Positions 11,969 to 28,772 are shown, counted from the whole stretch's first letter. The stretch: DNA of 56,664 nucleotides, filler included, from Perkinsus olseni (GCA_013115125.1; 2 parts of 2 records of this genome joined end to end with filler, not necessarily neighbours in it); one strand, 5' to 3'. The notes: a model not told the origin generated them from the letters alone. A program made the numbers and translations.

Positions 11969-13165
11969 TCAGAATCAAGTGAGCTAGTCACCGAACAGTG
12001 ATTACCGCAGGGGTTGACAAATCCGTAGCAAAATTTGAAAATATGGTCACCTCACTCCCCTTAGCGGTCCAGGCGTCCGACTGGAAAACGAAATGGTGGA
12101 TAATACCTTTCTCAACGCATCGCTCCGCCTAGTGCCTCCCATTCACGCATCTCCATCACACCGAGAATTTTATCTTGAACAATGAGCATCACAGAATGCG
12201 CTATAAGAGAACGAGCATAATTTTCATCACGAACGACCACCCGAGGATAACGAAGCCAACCCCTGGTCGGAGCTTCCTGTGACCTGTACCCGGCCCTTAA
12301 TAGAAGAGAAGCGCCTTCCCAGCAGGGCAGGAAACACTCCCCTCATTCTCCCTATAGATTACCAACTTAAAGACACCCCAGTGGTATCTAAGTGATAATC
12401 CCATGACTAGCACGCACTTGCCTTAAATGAAACTGAAGAAATACCACACAGTACGGTTATAATAATAGAAGAACATGAATCGCTTCGCTCCGCCCAAATT
12501 ATCTTCTCACAAACTCAACACCAAGCTCACCTACAACAAACCAAACCTTCATCGTACGAGGAATATCGTGGCGCAGCGACATTGAAGTTCATGAGAACGA
12601 ACAGATCTCAAACTAGCCGAAGGAAGATCTTTTCAACAAAGAGACTCCTTTTCGGTCGAACGACGAAGGAAAAATAGCCGACTGAATCTTCCGCAACCGG
12701 CACGCCGGGGCCAGGTCCACAAAATGGTGAATAAGAACACGCACGATGCGAACTGAAGATTGGCTGGGCGAAGTAAATGGCTGGGATGACCTGGACGCTG
12801 ATCTCTTATGAAGTTCAATGTGACGTAACATAGTTAGAGAACAATACTGGACCTAAACCCCCATACAAAACTATAGAAAATACCATAGTTTTTTGGTTTC
12901 TCTGGTACTACAGCGACTCAGACTGTGAGATTTCATGTGGGGGCTACGATTTATTAAGAAACAAAAACACATCAGAATCAAGTAAATACGCGCGCCCTGG
13001 TGAAATTTCTGAATCGGTCAATTTTCCCGCGCTTTCAAGAGATAATTCTCCGCTACTTTATCATGCTCTTCGGCTGTAACTACTTGTACGACTAGTGTAT
13101 GATACCTATGGTCTGGTCATTTACCAATCAATTTACCACAATCATCTACCAGTCATCAGTCCACA

Positions 13166-13291
13166 AATATTTACCACTCCTTTACAGTCAAATTCCTTCA
13201 CGACTAAATTACCAATATTTTTCCACTCCTTTACAGTCAAATTCCTTCACGACTAAATTACCAATATTTTACCACTCCTTTACAGTCAAAT
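13166..13291. repeat. 49-bp tandem repeat, about 2.5 copies
   Basis: CCACTCCTTTACAGTCAAAT recurs at 13174, 13223 and 13272. Confidence 0.9.
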
Positions 13292-13312
13292 AACTTCACT
13301 CTACCATCGATC

Positions 13313-13369
13313 ACCACTACATTACCAATACTTTAGTAGAATTTACTAGAATATTGGTAATGTAGTGGT
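13313..13369. repeat. long inverted repeat / hairpin
   Basis: ACCACTACATTACCAATA (13313-13330) is the exact reverse complement of 13352-13369. The inner 21 nt are also nearly self-complementary. Confidence 0.9.
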
Positions 13370-14467
13370 AGCTACTGTACCTCGTTGTACTAAGTAGAAT
13401 TATTCTAGGCTGCATACTACTACAATCACTTTATCTTCAGCCATCCCCAGAAGACTCATCCACCAAGCCCGCTGGCAGTTGATGGCCTAGAGGGTATCAA
13501 TGACATATTTGCGGGAAGGGTGTGGTACTAGATTGATGTAGAGATGGAGTAGCAGAAGGCATCAGGGAGCACTAGGCCCTGAGAGGTATTACGGTTACCT
13601 CTACAAGAGGCGACAGGCCGATGTCCGATACCACAACAACCGTAACTGCAGCCGAAAGAAACGAAGCCTCACCATGCGGCCCAACCGAAATTCAACCAAA
13701 ATTAGCATCACGACAGCCTTCCCGCTCACGCAGCCACCAAGTACCATCTACCACTAGTGCCGCAGTACTGGTGATGTCCTTAAACCAGTAGCACCTACGA
13801 GCTCGGATACTGACCGAGCCTTACCCGAGCATGATTGGCAAGCACCAGTCAACCCCACTATGCGGTAAAAGGGAGACAACTGTCGTTTGAAGCGCTCTAG
13901 CGTGGGAATGAGCGCGATGGTTACACCGAAGTGTCGTCAGAGGTACCATAGAGTATGGGATGAGAATGCATTCTGGGAAGGAGCGATGAGAGAACACCGA
14001 GGTAACCTCGGTGGTCTCTCATCGCTTCCTCGCCAACCTCGAGGTTGTACGAACCAAGGACTCAAATCAGGCGGGAGATCAGCACGCGTGCACATAAGTG
14101 ACGCCAAGGGCATGGCGGCTGATGCTTCATAAAGGCTTTTCGAGCGATGGACTGGAATGATGTTACTTATAACAGACTGGTGGTTGGTGGGTCTTGATTC
14201 CGACGCCAATGGACGAGGGATGATCTCTGTGAACTCGGGCATCTCCCCAGATTCAGGGCATCACTTTAGTTGCGTTGTCCCTATTTCCGCCGCTGATTGC
14301 ACGCACACGCATAGAGCAGTTTACTCTACCATTAGTTCACTATCATTAGCTATGGGTCTACACAGTTGCACGCATGCGTTCAGACTTCCTGGCCCACTAT
14401 TTGCCCCTTTGTTGCAATCAACGCCGGCTCTTACTGCACCCACCTTAATTGCAGTTGTTTCCTGCGA

Positions 14468-14842
14468 ATGCTTCCCTCAGCCTTCCTCCTCGTCGTCGTC
14501 GCTGTGAGCTGCCTTGCCGTTGTTGGTGGTGAGCAAGAGGTGCGAGGCTTCTACGCCTCCGACCACACCGGGCCTATCAAGTCTTTCGACTTCAATCCCG
14601 ACCGCAGTACGGTCATTCTGTCGCTCGGACCGGACACGGATGAGACCATGGAGGCACCATACACCCAATACAAGGATCTCGTCACAATCTCCCTGAGCAA
14701 CAAGCACCTCGGAACCTTGAAAGAGCTCGCTTCACATAAGGTTGATGATGATACTTTTACAAGGTTATCCGTCGTGTCAAACGTGAACTCTATCATTATT
14801 ACCTATAAGGATGGAGAGGTGACACTTTATAGCGGAAGTTAG
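14468..14842 (+). CDS. small secreted hypothetical protein (124 aa, single exon)
   Basis: ATG 14468, hydrophobic signal peptide MLPSAFLLVVVAVSCLAVVGG, uninterrupted frame with a beta-rich mature region. No family recognised. Confidence 0.75.
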   Translation: MLPSAFLLVVVAVSCLAVVGGEQEVRGFYASDHTGPIKSFDFNPDRSTVILSLGPDTDETMEAPYTQYKDLVTISLSNKHLGTLKELASHKVDDDTFTRLSVVSNVNSIIITYKDGEVTLYSGS

Positions 14843-15947
14843 CTTCAGCCTAGGATACGATGAGTGAAGTGGTTGTTTCCGGGCTTCTGATGATGGGCTA
14901 CTACTACCCCTGTTGTAGTAGAAGGCTTTGCAGTGCAAGCGACCCCACCTGCTACTCATCGTAAGAATACTATTATCGTTTGTTTCCATGTTCGTTTTCG
15001 CTCATCCATTCGGTAACTTGGCTAAGTTTGCGCGTAGTGATGAGAACAAAGTGAATAGTGCCAGTAGAAGGAATATTAAAGTAGAGTATCTTGAGGTCAA
15101 CTTTGTCGCAAACTATAGCACCAATACCTATTCATTCAACAACAGTTCGTTATTGTCAGCTCCCTTGATGTGCTCTGTGTTAAACGAGAGTGGAAGTCTG
15201 GAATCCACTGGGGAATCGATCAGCGTTCGCTTGTTGAAAGAAGAAACCCCTGACGGAGAATCTTCAAGTCGAGCGTAGAGGACGCGAGAAGAAAGATATT
15301 CTCGCCTGAACAACCATGGGAGAATTCTTCGGTCCGCGAATAAACTCACATTCTTGATTGAAGTGATAGAAATTAAATTGAAAAAATGAGTAGGAAGCGG
15401 CGATGATTGTACCCCGTGGTGATTGCACAGAGAAAGCGGTCATTGCGGCCGAGGGTTGCCCATTCCTGACCACAATTATCAAGGTTGTTGTCTACGATTA
15501 GGAGGACTAGCGTGCCTTAGAGTAAGGAAGTTCTCCTCTGTTTGGAACTGATGAACCCAATGAACATACCTAGGAGGGTCGTTACCATTCGGTCATGGTG
15601 AGTTCAGTGCTGTGTCGTCAATGGTAAATTTGCGAAACAGCAGATAAACGTAGTCACCATTGGTGATTACCGATTGCTGGTCGGACTACCGGCTACAATA
15701 TCAGCCGAGCGATGATAAGAAGTGTTTGCTCTGCATCGGATTTAGTAAGACCCTTGAGCCCTTCTTCTCTTCAGTGAAGAAGAAGGCTCTGCTACGAAGG
15801 CTGCCTTGAAGGGAATGACAATTAGGAGCCAGCGACGTGACGGCACTGAAGAGTCGAAATGACAATCTAGTTAGCAAGCTCAGTACTTCTTTTTTACAGA
15901 GGAGACCATCGGTCCAACTCATTTTCGTCGCCTGAAATGAGGGCTCA

Positions 15948-15974
15948 GGTTCGAATCCCAGGGGATGCATTTTT
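15948..15974 (+). promoter_or_regulatory. orphan B-box followed by T5, about 120 bp upstream of the RPS10 start
   Basis: GGTTCGAATCCCAGGGGATGCATTTTT. No cloverleaf 5' half was found. Confidence 0.5.
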
Positions 15975-16071
15975 CCAAAAAATATTTATCGATCACGCTG
16001 CGGGCGAGCTCTATCTTCCTTCGCCTACCCTTCGCAAAGGCCCATACCACCACCTAAGTCTTGCCCTAATT

Positions 16072-16583
16072 ATGGTGCTAATCAGAAAGGAAGATCGCCG
16101 TACTGTCTACGAACATCTCTTCAAGGAGGGTGTCATCGTCGTCGAGAAGAAGCCCACTTTGAAGCACCATCGTCAGATGGAAGTTGCCAACCTTCACGTT
16201 CTCATGATCATGAAGTCTCTTTCTTCCAAGTAGTAGTATCATCATCAGAGACCTCCGTTCAATTATTGTTGTTGTTTAACTCAGGGATCTCGTCGACGAG
16301 AAGTTCAACTGGCAGTGGCACTACTACACCCTCAATGATGATGGCATCGAGTACCTCCGTCAGTACCTCCATCTTCCTGTAATAAGGGTGTCTTGACAAA
16401 TTCGCTGAGAAACGACCTTGTTGTTTTTCTTATCATCAGGCCACCGCTTTTCCCGATACCATGACCAAGCAGCGCCCTACCCGCGCCATTGGTGGTGATG
16501 ACGAGGAGCGCAAGCCCCGTCGTGACTGGGGTGGCAACAAGTGGGGTCAGCAGCAGCAGCAGCAGAAGCCCGTGGAGGCCTAA
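16072..16583 (+). CDS. RPS10: 40S ribosomal protein eS10, 3 exons
   Basis: MVLIRKEDRRTVYEHLFKEGV...NLHVLMIMKSLSSK|DLVDEKFNWQWHYYTLNDDGIEYLRQYLHLP|ATAFPDT. Introns at 16230-16284 and 16379-16439. Confidence 0.96.
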
Positions 16584-17455
16584 GTGGTTCAATATTATTA
16601 AGGGCATCTACGCTTAGGATGATGAGAAAGGCTTTTGGTTGACGCCATTGTATAATATTGTTGAGTTTAGCGATAATTTACACTGGGGAGTGCTCAACGC
16701 AAAGAGAGGCTTTCCGACTGGTGATTCCTTTGGGTCCTGCTGAACACGAAAAGGGGAAGGAGAATATTGACTACTGACACTGCTATGAAAAGGAAAGTAT
16801 CGTATGTTACGAAAGGAGCGGTATGATTAGTCTGTTGCATAAACTCTTTCTCCATAGTTTCCTGCTAATCGACTACTACTACATCTACACACGTTCAACG
16901 TTTGCTGAACAAATTCAGTTTGATAACTTGACTTCCTTCGCCATCTTCAGATGAGAAATAACAAAGGCTTGAATTATGGTAGTACTGCGACGTTGATGTC
17001 GTTGTTAACCTAAAAACAGGTAATACTAACATACACAAGGCGAAAGTCAGCTCACCGTTTTCAACCATCACCAGTTCAATGAGATACTTTACCATCATTG
17101 TAAGGTCTGAGAAGAGACATGCGTTTACCTACACGTATGCCAGTAGAAGTTTTAGAGAAGTACGTCGAGATCGCCCGAGTATCTGTAAAGTCGCACGCCC
17201 ACGATTACGAAACGGCTGACAGCCAGAAGATACTAATTCAATACCGAAGAAACTTTTTGCCCAACTGCCGAAAATTCATGTCCGACAAAGTAGAGTGCTA
17301 AGGCCTGAATGGAACGATTTGTTATCTGTAAGAGGTTTGGGAAGAAACCCTCCAACGATAGCGTTGTATCTCCCTATTATTGCTCAGTATCACCAACGAA
17401 GCTGATGATTACTCTCATAATTCAACGACTACGTTCAGCAATGGATGGCCCTCCA

Positions 17456-18873
17456 TCATCTACCGGTGACAGTCGAAATTCTAATCAGCAGTCCATGCTG
17501 TTGGTGGGTGATTATTATGATGCCACAGATTTGACATTATGTTCTCATTGCGTAACAAGAGTGGCTCTAGTCCTCGCTCGATCGACCAGGTGAGGGCTCA
17601 CCTTCTGGTGGTGTAGAATCTGCGGTCGAGGTCTGTGGCATAGAGATCCAGCATGATCTCGGAGCTCTCTTCGGCTACAGAGAACGCCAAAGATTCTTCA
17701 CTCAAGATACTTCCCAATGAATAATACAAATACGTCTGAGAAGATACGCCTGCGCGAGAATCTTCCGGCTGCGCGAAATGATATTACCAGTTGACGTTGG
17801 ATATCTTGGACGGACGGAGAGGTCTTTAGTATGCACGTTTTGACAGAAGTCCTGGGAAGGAGGCCACGAATGATTCCACTACTAGGGCTTATTATGTCCC
17901 CGGGTTGATTTCCAATGAAGAGCACCTGAGGTCCCCGATTCAAATCCTGGCACTGAGAGGCACTGAATCTTACCTGTGATGATGACCCTTCGCTTCGAGG
18001 CAGCTGGGAGTACTGTACCACTGACTCACTATTCTCACAGCCGAGGCCTCCTTCTGCCTGAAACGACAAGTCCCTTCCCTTCCTGTCCCCAATCATGGCT
18101 CACTTGAGTCCTCTCGCCAAGTGCCGCTTCGGCACGTGAACTACTTGCATTTCGTCCAAGAGAGGCAGTACCCGAGGGAGGTAGAGCGCACAGCTCTCTC
18201 GAACCCAGCCCTAAAGAGTAGCTAGAGGTGTCAGAAAGAGCGGGCAAGAGTGACTACCTCTGTACTGGAACTGAGGACGTAAACGTTGCCCTTGGTGAGG
18301 TGCAGTAGAAGGGTAAGGAAGGCCTCAACGACGGAGGTATACACGTTAGAGAGGGTTAACTAACAAGTACAGTCATTCCGGGGCTGGTCATTGCTCATCG
18401 GGCGGTGGTACGAAGACCGGACTAGGTATTCGAGCGACATGCTATCACTACCACTACAGTGAGTTATATCCGTCAAGGGACGTGGGCGCCTCGAGTGCCG
18501 GTAAATTGATGCCATTGCCCTCTCTTCGTTACATCTCTCCCAACGCGCCTACCGCTACTACCAATACAGTGAGCGCTCATGTCCATCAAACGACGTGAAT
18601 TTATGCCGTTGCTACTACTACTACTTTTCCTCCCTGGTCGATAAGGACCTTGGTGGGGACGATAGTATCATCCCAGTCAAGAATGACCATACACTGCTCC
18701 ACCTCCTGCCTTCTGACGTCGTTGCCGTTGTAGTAGTACTCTTGGGAGTCGCTACTAGTTGGCGTGGAGCAGCAGTAGGAGGAGGAGGCTGCTGTCGGGT
18801 GGCAGCTGTTGGTTGGTGATGAGGTGTCTTTAACCAGAATGGTAGTAGTAGAGGGAGTTATGGTAGAGAACAT
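17456..18873 (-). CDS. HAD-superfamily hydrolase-like protein (DWDDT type), multi-exon
   Basis: Exon peptides ILDWDDTIVPT (HAD motif I), GNVYVLSSSTE|GWVRESCAL and VLFIGNQPGD...VKTCILKTSPSVQDIQRQL. Their order and spacing match the protist DWDDT HAD-like family. The 3' end is uncertain. Confidence 0.7.
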
Positions 18874-21851
18874 CTTCAAAAGTCTTATTACCAAAAGAAG
18901 AAGGATACTACAACTACTCACAATAATATCTTCGACTTATTACGTCGGATGTGTGCTTCAACCTAAGATACTCCACTGCTGACTCGAGATCGGTGAGCGG
19001 GAAATGTGACCCCACCCGGGATCGAACCTGCGACTTGCAGATAGGCGGTGGTAGTCCCAATGAAGTCACTCTTCAGATGGATCTCCGGCAGGTTGCTTCT
19101 AAGCGATATCCGCACGATGGAACCTTCTAACTCGCGCACCTCCGTAGTTAGCCCGTCCACAGTACCTATTCTTGGCCAGTGCTCGGTTTGTCTGTCTGTT
19201 TGCTTGGTTAAGGCCATTGATTAACGTTTCACCTTTGCTTCGTAAAATCTACTGTCAGACCGTCTGACTCAGACGTGTATAATTCCGCCCGGAGATATAT
19301 CCGCTCTCCTGAAAGTCAGACCCGCAGTGTTCCATTTCATGGAAAGGAAACTCGTTTCGCTCCGCTCGCTGCGTCTGCGTGCGATGAGCCCTAGAACTCA
19401 CAATAAGCTTCATAGCTTTCGTCACATCAGCACTTGTTGAGTGCGTAGTCCACCACGAGTCTACCAAGGCTTTCCTACAAACGGAACACTGTAGACTTGC
19501 CCACTCTACTGAGTAACGGTATCGGCTGGCTGATCGACATCTCCGGCCTCCCTTCACCGCTGCCTTCGGTATCTGCTCGTCGACCTGTCCAGCAGTAGTA
19601 CCATCTTTTTCACAACTCATGTCATTTGGTCGGGCTAGCCGCGACACAGTATACATCCCAGATGGGATCTCCGTCAGAACTTGGAAAGTAACCTTCCTCG
19701 CCGTCATTACCATCTATCGTTGAATTCAGGATACCAAAGGGACCAAAGAAGACGGTTCTGAAGGTGAGGGAGGGCTTGGTGAACCTAGCAGGAGTTCTCG
19801 GGACTAGTTCCCACTACTAGTTCTCCAGTCGGGGTACCAGTGGTACCGTACCACCTAGACTGGAGGTCTCACTGGGTTCAGATGCTCCCGTTTTGTTGAC
19901 TCTCAGTAATGCTACCACAGAATGATGTATTGAATATAATAACTACACTGGCTCGAGGGTGCACTGGGGTTGGAACATTGGGAGAATATTGGGCCAACAG
20001 GGATACTAGGGAGAGGGCTGCTGCTTTGCTCTTGCTTAGCACTCGAATTCCGTTTGGAGTGGTATCGTTCCATCTGCGCTTGATCCTGATAAAAAAGGCT
20101 TTTTATGCGGTTTTTCGGTTGGTCAATTTCCGGAGAATGTTACTCATAATGAACGACCAATGCCAAACTCGCACCCAAATTTTTATCAGTTGCATGCATC
20201 AACATAAGATACGCCATTCCAGGCTCTCGCAAAGCGTCCTTGCCGAAGTACCAACCCCCTGAGAAGACTTTTAGACGGACGAGTCATGTCGAGCGAATGT
20301 ATCACGAGCCCCTCCGACTATCGAAGGATACCATCGAACTGAGTGATACACTCTCGGAAAAGTAGTACTCGTCGGTCGGAACGTGGATGGGTGCCATCAC
20401 CTGTTAGATTTTAATGTTTCGGATATCTTGTTGGCCACTTGGGGTTGGTCTCTTTTCTGATGGAAATCTTCCCTTACTTTGATGGTTAGTTTACTTATTT
20501 ATCTGCCAGGCACGCTACCCCCGGTGAAGGGGAGAGCAGCAGCAGGAAAATACGGTCTTGTTATTCAAGACAGGTTGGTAGTCTCTCAATGCTGCTTGTG
20601 AGGATGAGCGTTTGGTAGGATGATGGTTCGGTGGCATCTAAGGGCAAGATAGGTGGTGAAGGCAGCTCGTTGTTGGACGAGGACATGGCAAGGGAAGCTA
20701 GAACACAAGCTAGGAAGGTAGAAGCGGTGATCCAGAGGGGTTACAGAATGACATTCTTGCGTAGACTAGGGGCTGTAGTGTAAGATGGATCGTAGATGCT
20801 CTTCAACTGGATTGGGGAAAAGTGCCCACGAGACTGGCCGCCCATTTTAATGCCGCAATATCCCGATAGACAGGTTTTTCTCACGGGAGCAGCTCGATTG
20901 CGTGTGATGATTCTTCTTTCGGTTTAATTTTTTACCTGCGCTAGGGTATCGAAATTTTAAACTGATTACCATCATCTGAAGGTTTGGGACGTTTCCAGTG
21001 TCGTTACCCTAGCGAGGTGTTTGGGCCGAAGACTCGACGTTCATGGGCATGCACGTCTGTGGTCGCTATAGCTTTCGGCTGTTCCGGTTTCGGGATACCT
21101 TCTCACGAAACTCCGCTACCAATAAATCATAAAATTCGGCGTTTTCTTTAATAAAAGAGTACCGGTAATCAGCGAGCGGCTACTCTCTCCGTTAACGCTG
21201 TCATGTCGCTGATCAGTGTTCCCTCCTGAGGAGTGGATCGATTGTAATCTTGATATCAGGGTTATGCTTTTGCCAAGCAAGCCAACATGCTGGGCACGGT
21301 AGGAGAGGTGGCCTTTGGAGTTCTTCGTGCCAACGCCGAGGATGACGTCATGGGAGCATGACTGAGTGTCGATCGAACTCTGCATCTTGCGTTGAGGGGG
21401 AAGAAGACACACGGAGACGGCCATATTCTGACAGGAGGAAATTCGACGCTCAGCGAGTGAACCTTCCCTTTGTTGCTCTGATTGTGTTATTGTCCGTCGG
21501 GAGGCTCTCGCAGATCGTCCCAAGCTGCCTTGCCTCCCACTGGGGCATCCGATATGATAGGGTCTCGCGGATTTGGACGCTTTGTTCATGAACATGGAAA
21601 TATGACCGCTCGAAGATCGATCTTGCACGATTTCGAGCGCTCGAAAGTCCTTTCCGATTGGCGATTTCCTCCGTGCGCAATTTGATGTGGTAGCATAAAA
21701 TTGGTGGACTGCCAGCTGCTTGACACAGTGCTGTGGTGAGAGGGTGGTAGTCGCGAGAATGCCAATTCTACTTCGAGTAGTTATTTTCTTAGTCGGGAAA
21801 CTCGAGTAAAGGCAGGAGTCCTGTCTCAGTAACGTCGCAGTCATCGCTGTC

Positions 21852-22547
21852 ATGCTTCTCACTGTTCACACGCTCACATCATCAATTCTGTTGATCCTGC
21901 TGAACACGGACGTGGTGACGGGTGCCTTCCTCAGGGGAGGGCATCACCCCGCCCTGCTACCCTTCATGATGATGATGATGCCTCCCCTCCGAGGTGGGAT
22001 GGGCAGTTCGGTCGTGTGCTCAGGAGTCCTCTCAGGAACGCTTGTATGAAGATGGACGTGAAATCATTCTGAGCTACGACAACCCGTGGCTGACGAGCTG
22101 CCATATTCTTTACAACACGACCGAACCCTCGTACGAAGTGACTCTGAAGGAGGAGTGGATGACAGACGGGCACCCCGAGGATAATTACCTGGCTATTGGA
22201 ACGAAGCTCACTACGGATCCGATTCGGGACGCCTGATTGATTTGATATACTTGTAAAAGCGCTCAGGTGGTGGCTTTGTAGTCCATCATTGTTTCAGCTC
22301 GTATAAGTCTGGCAAGTTCGAGGTTTTGGTCGGACCAGTGGATGAGTTAGGGCACTACAAGTCTTATAGTGGAGAAGAAGAAGAAGCGCTCCACCGACAG
22401 CTGGGTGATGTGAACCCTTTCTATCATTTATTGAAGGATATAAAGAAAAACTTCAAGATAAGGAATGCAAGAAGATCGCTGAGTACATTGAAGGCCACCC
22501 AGCTGACGAGTATGAAGAGGGGAAGGAGTGGTTGCCTAAGTTTATGA
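21852..22547 (+). CDS. hypothetical protein with N-terminal signal peptide, probably 3 exons
   Basis: Hydrophobic start MLLTVHTLTSSILLILLNTD is followed by coding-like frames at about 22024-22200 and 22268-22547. Exact junctions were not resolved. Confidence 0.5.
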
Positions 22548-23474
22548 TGGAGAAAACGATCAGGGCCACAGAATGAACTCCTCATGTCGATCCACCTTGT
22601 TGTTGTTGATGTAATCATGTTTATCCGAAGTATGGGTGTTGTGGTTAGTATGATGTCCAATGGTTATGTTTGTGTCACTCCTGCGGTCCAGGGCTATTAG
22701 CGAATCCTCATGCCTGTCAGGAGGAGGAGAGCGGCGGCGGTGGCGGGTTGGTGGTCTCGTTATATATCAGAGTCAGGATTTAGGATGGATGAATAGTGAT
22801 AGAGTACAATGATGCTGCTGCCAGGGGAATATGTAAAACTGTAGCAACGGCCAAGGGACAGTTGAGGTTCATCGGAGTTGGCTTCGGCTTACGACTAGAT
22901 AGCTGAAAGATCAGGATGAGTCACCGCTGGAGGCTGCGCATCCTCTGGAGGAGTGGTGGTAGTAGTAGCGGCAGCATCAACATGCTCTCTTAAAAGTACT
23001 GCTGTGGAACTAGTGTTTGGTCTCTGCCTCCCCAGTCTGATGTCAGGTCGCACTACGTGGTAGTAGTCGTACGTTGATGAAGTATCGTGAGTAGAGGAGG
23101 ATGGAATGAAGGGAACTTCTTGGCCTCATCGGTCGGGTTATACGGTAGATTCTACCGGGTAGAAGCGAAACTACCCATCCCGTAACTTTCTCACGCCTGA
23201 TCGCGGGATGTTACCAAGGTGTTGATAAACGACGCCCGTCATGATGGAGAGCGGCGAGCCACGGGGGTGCTGCTGCGGGTTGGTTGAGATCATGACGGCT
23301 CTCGGAGAATAGAAACCGTACTGTGCGATGTATGGTATTTATTAACAGGGTCAACCTCTCTCCACGGTAGCTGCCACGAACGTATCAAAGACTGAGTGTT
23401 GATCGAATTCTTCATCTTGCGTTGAGGGGGATGGGTGGTATCGCGTTGGGTAGGTCCAGGGGATTTAGTCCAGC

Positions 23475-27376
<3,902 letters not shown>

Positions 27377-28056
27377 TGATTCGAAGTTCTGCTGTTTCCA
27401 AACGTTTCTCTTGATGGTTCCGGGTTGCGCTTTGATGGTGGGGGTGGCCGCCGTGAGTAGAGAGCCTACGATTTATGAAGGTACGGCGCTATACTCGGTG
27501 ATGGTATCTTCGAAGCCGCCACTTATTGCCAATAAGTTATTGGGGCGAGGAGTGGTATGAAAATTAAGGCAGACTGATGGAATGGTGGTTAGGCGCACAA
27601 GCATTGTGAAAGAACGTACAACAGAATATGCGCCACTAACCAGACACAACGACGGCGTTTATCGCCATGAGCGTTCAAAGTGGTTGTGAATGGTTTCCCG
27701 AGTTGAGCCGAGAACGCTGCTCTGACACCCCTTTTCTCTGGAACAGCTTATCTGTCCTTTAATCGGCTTTGAACCAGGGATCATCGCTCCACCAGGAGAA
27801 TGGCATCTGTTGTTTTGATTGAAAGCGACAAGAATAATGAAATTATGTTACAGGATGTGTCGCTGTCGCTGCCACCTACGAGGATGCGAGTTCAATTTGA
27901 CCAAGTCTAAACTGTGGAGACTTCAACGATCTATCTTAAAATGATATTTTCGATCAAATTAAGAAAAGATAAGTTCGATTTCAGTTCTTTTGAAAACTTC
28001 GAAGAAGGCAAAATCTAGAAATCAGATTCTCCTAGCGTGAAGTGGGAATGGTTTAG

Positions 28057-28283
28057 CCAGCTATCATTCCCTCATCAGCGACGGAGGCAGGTGAGTCTGC
28101 CAAGTCTGCCCTGCTGCAGGTCTCGGCTATGGTGGCGGGGATAGCCCTCCAAGCTCCACGGAACAGCTCCAACGCGGCACTCTGCGTCGCGGCTGGTATC
28201 TTGCCAGCACACATGGAGCTCGGTAGAATCGCGGCCACCAGACTTGCTGCGCTTGGGTGCGCTACGACGCTGGACCGAACTCT
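28057..28283 (+). mobile_element. non-LTR retrotransposon fragment (region C-terminal to RT), cut by the gap
   Basis: ALLQVSAMVAGIALQAPRNSSNAALCVAAGILPAHMEL resembles the L..VQR......GA.RT.S..AL.V.AG..P pattern found after RT in R1/I/ingi-type LINEs. Confidence 0.6.
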
Positions 28284-28383
28284 NNNNNNNNNNNNNNNNN
28301 NNNNNNNNNNNNNNNNNNNNNNNNNNNTTAATTAATTAANNNNNNNNNNNNNNNNNNNNNNNNNNNNNNNNNNNNNNNNNNNN
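28284..28383. other. assembly gap with artificial six-frame-stop linker
   Basis: 44 N + TTAATTAATTAA (28328-28339) + 44 N = exactly 100 nt. Contiguity across it is not established. Confidence 0.97.
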
Positions 28384-28542
28384 GACTGGTGTGTTGTATC
28401 AATTCTAACCGTCTTCCATCTGGGATGACTGGTGTGTTGTATCAATTCTAACCGTCATCTACTGAAGATGACTGGTGTGTTGTATCAATTCTAACCGTCT
28501 TCCATCTGGGATGGCTGGTGTGTTGTATCAATTCTAACCGTC
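28384..28542. repeat. 43-bp tandem repeat (30-bp constant + 13-bp variable part), at least 4 units, truncated by the gap
   Basis: GACTGGTGTGTTGTATCAATTCTAACCGTC starts at 28384, 28427, 28470 and 28513 (one mismatch in the last). The separators are TTCCATCTGGGAT, ATCTACTGAAGAT and TTCCATCTGGGAT. Confidence 0.92.
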
Positions 28543-28772
28543 AATGCTATAAAGAAGTTTATCATGAGTTTCAGTTCATGCAACCCAGCGATGGTTACGT
28601 GAGTTGAATAGTGGTTAATTAAACCCGAATTAAGGGAAGAATAATATTGGGAGGGTGGGGGATTGAGGGCGTTTGTTTGATATAAAATAATTAGTGTGTT
28701 AGTTACAGTGCGACTGTCAGTCACAACATACTAAGGCTTCTCAGATACTAGTTTCTGTTGACAATCTATTCA

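Noticed and set aside
15890-15974. Possible full tRNA gene upstream of RPS10
   Set aside because: A B-box and T-run are present, but no acceptor-stem 5' strand, D-arm or A-box can be formed. It is kept only as an orphan B-box.
21116-21862. 248-aa minus-strand ORF
   Set aside because: It has no recognisable motif, a Ser/Arg-rich composition typical of non-coding frames, and overlaps the start of a better + strand candidate.
28328-28339. TTAATTAATTAA palindrome inside the N run
   Set aside because: It is centred in an exact 100-nt gap and gives stops in all frames, so it is a scaffolding linker and not biological.
28384-28542. CRISPR-like repeat/spacer pattern
   Set aside because: The spacers are only 13 bp and one is repeated (A-B-A). 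There are no cas genes and the context is eukaryotic, so it is treated as a tandem repeat.
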